Shown piece by piece: positions 31,055-38,609 of a stretch of 64,000 nucleotides of DNA (positions are counted from its first letter, which is position 1; each line of letters begins with the position of its first letter). This stretch comes from an uncultured Hyphomicrobiaceae bacterium. Its GTDB lineage: Bacteria; Pseudomonadota; Alphaproteobacteria; Rhizobiales; Hyphomicrobiaceae. The position numbers were made by a program, and so were the translations under genes. The notes beneath the pieces are model-generated. The model made no database searches. It saw only the letters and a program-made list of their open reading frames with translations, and was not told the origin of the DNA. Where the stretch lies: the NCBI GenBank assembly GCA_937873575.1, contig CALMPK010000336.1, forward strand, positions 26,624-90,623. The letters run 5' to 3'.

Positions 31055-32347
31055 ATGGACGATCTCAACATCATCGACCGCTTCACCGAGACCTTCAGCC
31101 GGTACATCGATTCCGGCTTCGGTCTCCTCTCGGGCGATGTCGCTTTCCTGACCACCATCATGGTCAGCCTCGATATCATTTTGGCAGGCCTGTTCTGGGC
31201 GTTGCGCGGCGAGGACAACGTCATCGCGGCGTTGATCCGCAAGGTCCTGTACGTCGGCTTTTTCGCGCTGCTGCTCAACAACTTCAAGTCGCTCGCCGAC
31301 ATCGTGTTTCGCTCGTTCGCCGGGCTCGGCTTGAAGGCGAGCGCCACGACGCTGACGGCCAACGACCTGATGCGGCCGGGGTTCGTGGCGGATACTGGCT
31401 TCACGGCCTCGCGCCCACTGCTCGACAAGGCGGGCGAGCTGATCGGCTTCACGACGTTCTTCGAGAATTTCGTGACCATCATGGTGCTGATGCTGGCGTG
31501 GCTGATCGTGCTGCTCGCGTTCTTCGTGCTCGCCGTCCAGCTGTTCATCACCATCCTCGAGTTCAAGCTGACGACGCTGGCCGGTTTCGTCTTGGTGCCG
31601 TTCGCCCTGTTCGGACAGACCGCGTTCCTGGCCGAGCGCGTGCTCGGTAGCGTGATCACCGCGGGCATCAAGCTGATGGTGCTGTCCATCGTCGTTGGCA
31701 TCGGCTCGACGATCTTCGGAACGCTGGTGCCGCCGGCCGGCAGCGCGATCGCGTTGAAACAGGCCGCATCGATCATCCTCGCCGCCATCGCCGTGTTCGG
31801 ATTGGCGATCTTCGTGCCGGGCATCGCGGCAGGTCTCGTCACTGGAGCCCCGCAACTCGGTGCCGGAGCCGTTTTCGGTACGGCAGCAGGTTTGGTCGCC
31901 ACCGGCGTCGCCGCCGGTTCCCTCGCATCGGGCAGCGCACGCCTTGCCGGACGTACCGGTGGTGGTGCGGTGCGTTCGGCCGCGTCGCTCACTGGCAACG
32001 TCTCCGCCGCCTACCAATCCGGCGGCATCGGTGGTGTGGCCCGGGCGACCGTCTCGCAACCCATCGCTGATCTCGGCTTGGCCATGACTACGCCCGTTCG
32101 CGATGCCTACCGGCAGGGTGCCGCCTACGGCTATCGCGCCACGGCGCCGGCCACGCCGGGTGGCGGACCAGGTCCCGGAGGACCGGCCGGCGGTGCGCCC
32201 CCGCCGCCGAACGATCCGCCCGATTGGGCGCAGCGACTGCAGCGCCGGCAGCGGATGCGGGATGCCACCTTCGTCGCGACCCAGGCTGTGCGCGAGGGCG
32301 ACCGGCCGATGGGCAGCGCCGCGCCGGATCTCAAAGACAAGAGCTGA
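31055..32347 (+). CDS. trbL: TrbL (VirB6-like)
   Basis: MDDLNIIDRFTETF start, six or more TM helices, and a Gly/Pro-rich C-terminal tail. Confidence 0.85.
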   Translation: MDDLNIIDRFTETFSRYIDSGFGLLSGDVAFLTTIMVSLDIILAGLFWALRGEDNVIAALIRKVLYVGFFALLLNNFKSLADIVFRSFAGLGLKASATTLTANDLMRPGFVADTGFTASRPLLDKAGELIGFTTFFENFVTIMVLMLAWLIVLLAFFVLAVQLFITILEFKLTTLAGFVLVPFALFGQTAFLAERVLGSVITAGIKLMVLSIVVGIGSTIFGTLVPPAGSAIALKQAASIILAAIAVFGLAIFVPGIAAGLVTGAPQLGAGAVFGTAAGLVATGVAAGSLASGSARLAGRTGGGAVRSAASLTGNVSAAYQSGGIGGVARATVSQPIADLGLAMTTPVRDAYRQGAAYGYRATAPATPGGGPGPGGPAGGAPPPPNDPPDWAQRLQRRQRMRDATFVATQAVREGDRPMGSAAPDLKDKS

Positions 32348-32355
32348 GGGCGGAC

Positions 32356-33054
32356 ATGCGCTTCAAGCGACCGACATTGCGTTACGGCGAGACGCCCCAG
32401 CCCACAACGCCGTACCAGAAGGCCGCGCAGGTCTGGGACGAGCGGATCGGCAGCGCCCGCTCGCAAGCGCGCAACTGGCGGCTGATGGCGCTCGGCTGTC
32501 TCGGCATCGCGCTACTGCTGGCCGTCGGCCTCGTCTGGCTCGATCGCGCCAGCACGGCCGTACCGTTCGTGGTCGAGGTCGAGCGCACTGGCGCTGTCCG
32601 CGCCGTGGGCCCGGCCACTGCCGCCTACAATCCGAGCGATGCGCAGATCGCCTACAGCCTCGCCCGCTTCATCGAGAACGTGCGCTCGCTGTCGATCGAT
32701 CCCGTCATTGTCCGCCAGAATTGGCTGCGGGCCTACGACTTCGCCACCAACCGCGCGGCGGTGACCCTCAACGGCTTCGCGCGCGACAACGACCCGTTCG
32801 CCAGCGTCGGCCGGCTGAGCGTCTCGGTCGAGATTCAGAGTGTGGTCCGCGCCTCCGACAGCTCGTTCCAGATCCGCTGGATCGAGCGCTCGTTCGAGAA
32901 CGGCGCAGCCAAGGACACCAAGCGCTGGAGCGGCGTGCTGTCGATCGTGGTGATTCCGCCGCGCTCGCCCGAGCTGATCGCGAAGAACCCGCTCGGCATT
33001 TACGTGCACACCCTCAACTGGTCGCAGGACCTCGCGCCGGGAGACAGCAAATGA
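32356..33054 (+). CDS. trbF: TrbF (VirB8-like)
   Basis: PYQKAAQVWDERIGSA, a single TM helix, and a VirB8-like periplasmic domain. Confidence 0.85.
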   Translation: MRFKRPTLRYGETPQPTTPYQKAAQVWDERIGSARSQARNWRLMALGCLGIALLLAVGLVWLDRASTAVPFVVEVERTGAVRAVGPATAAYNPSDAQIAYSLARFIENVRSLSIDPVIVRQNWLRAYDFATNRAAVTLNGFARDNDPFASVGRLSVSVEIQSVVRASDSSFQIRWIERSFENGAAKDTKRWSGVLSIVVIPPRSPELIAKNPLGIYVHTLNWSQDLAPGDSK

Positions 33055-34040
33055 TCAGAGCTATACCGATACCGCTGTTGGCGCTGCTGGTCGCGACCGG
33101 CTGCACACAGACTGTGACCGCGCCGGAGATCCGGCTCGACAATCGTCCACCGAAGCGCGCCGAGCCGACTACCGAGGTGACGCCGCCCGTGCGGATCGTC
33201 GAAGTACCGAAACCGTTGCCGTTGCCGGGCCAGCTCAAGCCGTTGCCGAAGCGGGACATCGTCACGCCCGAGGTGACCACACCCGGCGCCCGTATCGCGG
33301 CGGCCAACGCCGCGGCCCGGCAGGAGCCGACGCGGGCCGGCTACATCAATGCGATCCAGGTCTATCCCTACACCAAGGGCGCGCTGTATCAGGTCTATGC
33401 CGCGGTCAACCAGGTCAGCGACATCGCACTGGAAGCCGGCGAGAAGCTGGTTTCGGTCTCGGCCGGCGACACGGTCCGCTGGGTCGTCGGCGACACCACC
33501 AGCGGTGAGGGCGGCTCGAGCCAGGTCCACATCCTGGTCAAGCCGATCGCGCCTGATATCACGACCAACCTTGTCATCACCACCGATCGCCGCAGCTACT
33601 ATCTCGAGCTGCATGCGACCGCCGAGACCTACATGGCGTCGGTCTCGTGGACCTATCCGCAGACAGCCCTTACCGCGCTCAAGGGCCAGGCCGACCTCCG
33701 CGACCGCGTGGAGCCGGCGGCCGGGATCGGCCTCGATGTCGAGGCGATGCAGTTCCGCTACCGCATCGAGGGCGAGGCACCGTGGAAACCGGTTCGCGTA
33801 TTCGACGACGGCGCCAAGGTCTTCATCCAGTTTCCGTCGGGACTGAAGCAAGGCGAGGCGCCGCCCCTGTTCGTGATTGGCGCCGACGGCAAGCCCGCCC
33901 TCGTCAACTACCGGGTGAAGGGCGCGCTCTATATCGTCGACAGGCTGTTCGCCGCTGCCGAGCTGCGGCTCGGCACCGCGCCGCAGCAGGTCGTGCGCAT
34001 CGTGCGGACCGATGCGGTCTGGAAGGAGCGTCGGGAATGA
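33051..34040 (+). CDS. trbG: TrbG (VirB9-like)
   Basis: Lipoprotein-type signal (LLVATGC). YPYTKGALYQVYAAVNQVSDIAL and TDRRSYYLEL motifs. Confidence 0.85.
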   Translation: MIRAIPIPLLALLVATGCTQTVTAPEIRLDNRPPKRAEPTTEVTPPVRIVEVPKPLPLPGQLKPLPKRDIVTPEVTTPGARIAAANAAARQEPTRAGYINAIQVYPYTKGALYQVYAAVNQVSDIALEAGEKLVSVSAGDTVRWVVGDTTSGEGGSSQVHILVKPIAPDITTNLVITTDRRSYYLELHATAETYMASVSWTYPQTALTALKGQADLRDRVEPAAGIGLDVEAMQFRYRIEGEAPWKPVRVFDDGAKVFIQFPSGLKQGEAPPLFVIGADGKPALVNYRVKGALYIVDRLFAAAELRLGTAPQQVVRIVRTDAVWKERRE

Positions 34041-35299
34041 GCGACGCGACCAACCAACCGGGCCCAGAGCCACCGACTGGGCCGCGGACGACACCGCCGG
34101 AGCCGCTGGAGTTGCGCACCAGGCCGCGGCGTGTCACGCGCATCAACAGGCGCGTTCTGATCGCCGTCGCCGGCATCGGCTTAGCGCTGCTCGCAGGCCT
34201 GATCCTCGTCGCGCTCGATCCGCCGAACTGGCGCAAGACCGCTGTCGGCCCCGAGCTGATCACCGTCGATCGCAAGGCGACGCCCGACGGGCTCGAACGC
34301 TTGCCGTCGAGCTATAACGGCGTATCCGGCGAGCGGCCAACTGGGAATGCCTCGAAGTCAGGTTTGGCGCCGGGCGTTCCGGTGCTGAAAGAGCCCGATC
34401 CCGTCAACGAGCTCGAACGGGCCGAGAAGGTCCGCCTCGCACGGCTCGCGGCCCAAGCGCGGGATTCGGCGCCCATGTTTCGCCTGCAGCAGAAGGGCGC
34501 CCCGACCGAGCCGCTGCGCAATCCTTCCAGTGCATCGGCTTTGCCCTCTGGACGCACCGACGTCGACCAAGCGGCGATAGCAGCCGCCACGTCTGCCGCG
34601 CGTCTGCGTGCCCAGATCGACGGCACCACGCCCGGCACTTACGCCACCGACCAGACCCGCAAGCTCGCCTTCATGAAGGCCGATCCCGACAAGGAAATCT
34701 ACAATCCGCATGGGCTGCAGAGGCCGGTGTCGCCCTATCAGTTGATGGCCGGCACCATCATCGCCGCGAGCCTGGTCACCGGGCTCAACGCCGACCTGCC
34801 CGGGTTCGTCATCGCGCAGGTGACGGAGCACGTCTACGACAGCGTCAGCGGGCGCTTCCTGCTGATCCCGCAGGGCTCGCGGCTCGTCGGCCGCTACGAC
34901 AGCGTCGTCGCCCATGGACAACAGCGCGCGCTGCTTGTCTGGCAGCGCATCATCCGCCCCGACGGCTCCTCGCTCCAGATCGACAACCTTCCTGCCACCG
35001 ACACCGCCGGCTACGCCGGGCTTCAGGACGGCGTTGATTTGCACACCTGGCAGCTGTTGAAAGGCATCGGGCTCGCCACTGTGCTCGGCGTCGGCTCGAG
35101 CCTGGCGTTCGGCTCCGGCAGCGGCGACAGCGACATCATCCGGGCTTTGCGGGAATCGACCGGCCAGACCACCAACCGCGCCGGCCAGCGCCTGATCGAG
35201 CGCGAGCTCAACGTGCAGCCGACGCTGACCGTGCGTCCCGGCTGGCCGCTGCGCGTCATCGTGCACAAGGACCTGATCCTCACTCCCTATCGCGACTGA
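34037..35299 (+). CDS. trbI: TrbI (VirB10-like)
   Basis: TM anchor, Pro-rich linker, and C-terminal VirB10 core (GTIIAASLVTGLNADLPG ... QPTLTVRPGWPLRVIV). Confidence 0.9.
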   Translation: MSDATNQPGPEPPTGPRTTPPEPLELRTRPRRVTRINRRVLIAVAGIGLALLAGLILVALDPPNWRKTAVGPELITVDRKATPDGLERLPSSYNGVSGERPTGNASKSGLAPGVPVLKEPDPVNELERAEKVRLARLAAQARDSAPMFRLQQKGAPTEPLRNPSSASALPSGRTDVDQAAIAAATSAARLRAQIDGTTPGTYATDQTRKLAFMKADPDKEIYNPHGLQRPVSPYQLMAGTIIAASLVTGLNADLPGFVIAQVTEHVYDSVSGRFLLIPQGSRLVGRYDSVVAHGQQRALLVWQRIIRPDGSSLQIDNLPATDTAGYAGLQDGVDLHTWQLLKGIGLATVLGVGSSLAFGSGSGDSDIIRALRESTGQTTNRAGQRLIERELNVQPTLTVRPGWPLRVIVHKDLILTPYRD

Positions 35300-35323
35300 A
35301 GCCGACCGAAGAAAGGAAATGCC

Positions 35324-35638
35324 ATGCCCGTGATTGGAACATTCAAGGCGGACAAGGACGGCTATTTCGGCACCATTCGCACCCTGGCCCTCAACGCCAA
35401 GGTCCGGATCGTCGCCAACGACCAGAAGCAATCGCAGGGCGCACCGGATTTCCGCGTGCTGGTCGGGACGACGGAGATAGGTGCGGCATGGCGGAAGACG
35501 TCCGAGGATCATGGTTCGTCCCTGAGCATCCGCCTCGATGATCCCTCGTTCGCCGAGCCGATCCGCGCCGCGCTCATGGAAAACAGCGACGATGGCGCGC
35601 TCCCGATGCTGTGGCGTCGGGAGAAGCGGGAGTCATGA
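35324..35638 (+). CDS. DUF736 domain protein (second copy)
   Basis: MPVIGTFKADKDGYFGTIRTLALNAKV...DFRV...TEIGAAW, a paralogue of 9406-9729. Confidence 0.85.
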   Translation: MPVIGTFKADKDGYFGTIRTLALNAKVRIVANDQKQSQGAPDFRVLVGTTEIGAAWRKTSEDHGSSLSIRLDDPSFAEPIRAALMENSDDGALPMLWRREKRES

Positions 35639-37137
35639 CGCCGTCCGATGGCTCGTTCCGATGGCGGGTCGCGGTCGTGTTGCTGCCGTTCGCCGCCGGT
35701 TTCTATCTGGCGTACCTGTTTCGCACCATCAACGCCGTCATCGCCGAACAGCTGGCGCGTGACCTCGGGCTCGACTCCACCCAGCTCGGGCTGCTGACGT
35801 CGGCATACTTTCTGAGCATGGCGGCAGCGCAGCTGCCCGTCGGCGTGCTGCTCGACCGCCACGGTCCCCGCCGCGTCCAGAGCGCGTGCTTTGTCGTCGC
35901 CGCCACAGGTGCCGCGGTATTCGCGATGTCCAGCGGCATGCTCAGCTCGATGATCGGCCGCGCGCTGATCGGCCTCGGCGTCGGCACCGCGCTGATGTCC
36001 GGCATCAAGGCCATCTCGATTTGGTTCCCGCGCGAGCGGCAGGCGACAATGAACGGCTGGCTGCTGATGCTCGGCGCTCTCGGCGCCGTCACGGCGACCG
36101 CGCCAGCCCAGGCACTCGCCGACGGCATCGGCTGGCGCTACCTGCTCGGGCTCCTCTCCATCGTGACAGTGGTGCTCGCCGCAATGATGGCGCTGATCGT
36201 GCCTGAGCCGGAGGCATCGCGACAAAGACAGGCGCATCCAACCGCGACACTGCGGATCATGCTCGATCCCCGGTTTCTGCGTCTCGCGCCGCTGTCCGCG
36301 TTGTGCATCGGCGCAGCATGGTCGATGCAGAGCTTGTGGGCGGCTGCGTGGCTCGCACGGGTCGATGGCTTGTCGCGCATGGCTGTCGTGCAGCATCTGC
36401 TGGTGATGGCGCTTGCGCTCGCTGTCGGCGGACTCTTGTTCGGGTGGAGCGCCGACAGGTTCCGCCGATCGGGTCATTCCGTCGAGGCGCTGTTCGGCGT
36501 CGTGGCGCTGCTCTCGATCGCGTGCCAGCTAGCGCTCGTCGCCGGCATCGATCTGCCGTCTTATCTGACATGGTCCGTCATTGGTGCGATCGGCTCGGCC
36601 ACTGTGCTGAGCTACGCGATCCTGTCCGGCTACTTTCCAAAGGAGATCTCGGGCCAGGCCAATGGCGCGCTCAACCTGCTGCATGTCGGCGCGGCCTTCG
36701 GGCTGCAGGCGGCGACGGGCTTCATCATCGACCTATGGCCGCCCGAACCGACAGGATCGCCCGGCGAGGCGTATCGCGTGGCATTCGCGGTTGCCGCCGG
36801 CTTGCAGTTGGCGGCGCTCGTCTGGTTCATCGTTTCAGCGCCATTGACGCGACCGACCACATACATTGCAGGAAGGTCCGTCGGGCATCGCCCGGTTCTT
36901 GGCGCAAGCCGAAAGCCGGCCTATGCACGAGCACAGCTGGTCTACGCACGACACGTCGCATCGGCGCGCGGGCAGGCACACAGCTGGAGATTGGTGGCAC
37001 TCGGCTCGGCGACGTTGTGCGCCGTCCTCGCGGTGGAAGTCGTCATTGGTGTCGCGACCACCCCGGGCGTTCCGCACGTGATCGAAGTCGACGCGCCGGC
37101 GCATACCACGACGCGCCTCTCGTTCAGTGCGCCATGA
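35635..37137 (+). CDS. MFS transporter
   Basis: 12 or more TM helices and MFS motif A-like LPVGVLLDRHGPRRV. ATGA overlap with the DUF736 gene. Confidence 0.8.
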   Translation: MTPSDGSFRWRVAVVLLPFAAGFYLAYLFRTINAVIAEQLARDLGLDSTQLGLLTSAYFLSMAAAQLPVGVLLDRHGPRRVQSACFVVAATGAAVFAMSSGMLSSMIGRALIGLGVGTALMSGIKAISIWFPRERQATMNGWLLMLGALGAVTATAPAQALADGIGWRYLLGLLSIVTVVLAAMMALIVPEPEASRQRQAHPTATLRIMLDPRFLRLAPLSALCIGAAWSMQSLWAAAWLARVDGLSRMAVVQHLLVMALALAVGGLLFGWSADRFRRSGHSVEALFGVVALLSIACQLALVAGIDLPSYLTWSVIGAIGSATVLSYAILSGYFPKEISGQANGALNLLHVGAAFGLQAATGFIIDLWPPEPTGSPGEAYRVAFAVAAGLQLAALVWFIVSAPLTRPTTYIAGRSVGHRPVLGASRKPAYARAQLVYARHVASARGQAHSWRLVALGSATLCAVLAVEVVIGVATTPGVPHVIEVDAPAHTTTRLSFSAP

Positions 37138-37143
37138 CGCCAC

Positions 37144-37542
37144 TCAGGTGCGCGGGTCATGCCGGTCGCGCTCTTGCCGGGCGAGAGCCAAAGACTGCTC
37201 CAGTGCCGTCACGAGCGGTGCGAGCTCATGGACGGCGTCCTCGGGCTCGATCTGTGCGAGCGCCTCCGCGACGAGCCGCACCAGGGGGACCGAGGCCAGG
37301 GTTCCCAGATCGATTGCATCGGCGTAGACCGCCACCGATCCATCCGGGCGCAGTTCCAAGGTCAGCTCCGCCGCATCGAGCACGATCCGATCAACTATCG
37401 AGCGAGGCATGCGGATGGCCACGACCGGTGCGGCACCACCCGCTTCGGTCAGCGCGGCAATGTAGCCCTCGCGGCTCGCATCCAGTCGGAATTCCGGCTG
37501 GACCTGCACAGTCTCGGTCAGCTCGCTCATCCCGTTGGCCAT
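37144..37542 (-). CDS. Acidic hypothetical protein divergent from the XRE regulator (possible QseM-like anti-activator; speculative)
   Basis: 132-aa ORF with normal composition. It shares a 65-bp divergent promoter region with the XRE gene. I recognise no motif. Confidence 0.55.
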   Translation of the reverse strand: MANGMSELTETVQVQPEFRLDASREGYIAALTEAGGAAPVVAIRMPRSIVDRIVLDAAELTLELRPDGSVAVYADAIDLGTLASVPLVRLVAEALAQIEPEDAVHELAPLVTALEQSLALARQERDRHDPRT

Positions 37543-37558
37543 TCGCTCATCCGATTCA

Positions 37559-37570
37559 CTAGTATACTAG
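37559..37570. promoter_or_regulatory. Perfect 12-bp AT-rich palindrome CTAGTATACTAG in the divergent promoter
   Basis: It lies within the 65-bp spacer (37543-37607), in an otherwise GC-rich context. Confidence 0.55.
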
Positions 37571-37607
37571 GTGGAGCGGCGGATGGCGATGGGCTGCGCT
37601 GCCGGCC

Positions 37608-37820
37608 ATGGAACTCCGGCGGATCGTGGCTCAGAACCTGAGACGGCTGCGGCAGGACCGCGGGCTCTCTCAGGAGGAGCTTGCCGGTCAGGCCGAGCTC
37701 AATCGCAACTACGTCGGCATGATCGAGCGTGAGGAGAATGCACCGACAGTCGACACCCTGGAAGTGCTGGCCAAGGTTCTGAAGGTCGAACCGGAAGAGC
37801 TATTGAAACGGCAGACTTGA
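37608..37820 (+). CDS. XRE-family HTH regulator (controller/QseC-like size)
   Basis: 70 aa. LRRLRQDRGLSQEELAGQAELNRNYVGMIEREENAPTVDTLEVLAKVL is a classic Cro/C1 HTH. Confidence 0.85.
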   Translation: MELRRIVAQNLRRLRQDRGLSQEELAGQAELNRNYVGMIEREENAPTVDTLEVLAKVLKVEPEELLKRQT

Positions 37821-37862
37821 GCGGACGCCGAGCGCATCACGGCGGACAGACGGCAACTCAAT

Positions 37863-37900
37863 CTGCCCGAAACTGCACGCGTTTCACCGCGAATCCACGT
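37863..37900 (+). repeat. Intergenic repeat copy D (5' core only)
   Basis: CTGCCCGAAACTGCACGCGTTTCACCGCGAATCCA. It lacks the 3' CGCTCCGGCATCCTGATC box. Confidence 0.7.
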
Positions 37901-38125
37901 TCCTGGCGTTCTGCGGCGATGGCATTCTGCTGGCAGAAAACCATGCGGCACCGAGTTCCAGGACCTTCCACGATGCCCGTCAGCTCCAAGAGCAAATTAA
38001 AGACCAAACGCAAGTTGTCGGTAGCCTCGTCAGCCCCTTGTTCCGCTGGCCGGAATTCTAACACTGTGAGTGCGACACGATCATCGATCCCGCATCATCC
38101 CACTGAGGGCTTGGCCCCGCGGACG

Positions 38126-38323
38126 ATGTCATGTCGGTTGATCACCAGGGCGGAGCTCAGTCAAATTGTGCCCTACACCGGCCAGCACATCTTGCGGCTG
38201 GAGAAGTCCGGCAAGTTCCCGCGCCGCGTCAGGGTCGGGGCCAATCGCGTGGCATGGCTTCTCTCCGAGGTCGAGGCGTGGGTGGCTGCACGCGTGTCGG
38301 AGCGAGATGTCTCGTTTCGTTGA
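38126..38323 (+). CDS. AlpA-family transcriptional regulator / excisionase-like HTH
   Basis: LITRAELSQIVPYTGQHILRLEKSGKFPRRVRVGANRVAWLLSEVEAWV is the AlpA (Phage_AlpA) pattern. Confidence 0.8.
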   Translation: MSCRLITRAELSQIVPYTGQHILRLEKSGKFPRRVRVGANRVAWLLSEVEAWVAARVSERDVSFR

Positions 38324-38355
38324 GTATTGCAGCTGTCTTAGAATGCGCATCCGTA

Positions 38356-38541
38356 TTAGGCGCTGAAAGCGAGAGCCGAGACGAAGCAGACAACGCCTTT
38401 TGGTACGAACTTTGATGCGGGCGCGAGCTCGTGGTGGGCTTGGAGCTGCGCGTCGGTGAGGTGGTAAGGCCCGCGCGCAAGGCGGACAACCTCACCGCTC
38501 TCGACCATTAGGTCGAGCGCGGCCGGCCGCCCATTCAGCAA
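38356..38541 (-). pseudogene. Remnant of an AbiEi-family antitoxin (N-terminal domain only)
   Basis: LDLMVESGEVVRLARGPYHLTD...HHELAPASKFVPKGVVCFVSALAF resembles the AbiEi N-terminal winged-helix region. Only 61 codons remain and no AbiEii partner is present. Confidence 0.5.
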
Positions 38542-38609
38542 TGAAGCCGGTGCTTGATGCTGTCATTAGTGGCCATACGTCACCATCCATCCGGATACAG
38601 AGCCTTACT

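Larger units (their letters stand above)
6661..38355. mobile_element. Integrative conjugative element backbone (ICEMlSym-type: fseA-rdfS-traF, relaxase, ardC, parB, traG, trbBCDEJLFGI); boundaries approximate
   Basis: Complete conjugation gene set listed below. AT-rich breaks occur at about 6.70-6.83 kb and 38.32-38.36 kb. No integrase gene was found inside, so the limits are inferred, not demonstrated. Confidence 0.6.

Noticed and set aside
36303-37562. 419-aa + strand ORF overlapping the MFS transporter gene out of frame and the minus-strand 132-aa gene
   Set aside because: It is extremely Arg/Pro/Ala-rich. The MFS frame shows regular TM helices, and the 132-aa minus-strand ORF has normal composition.
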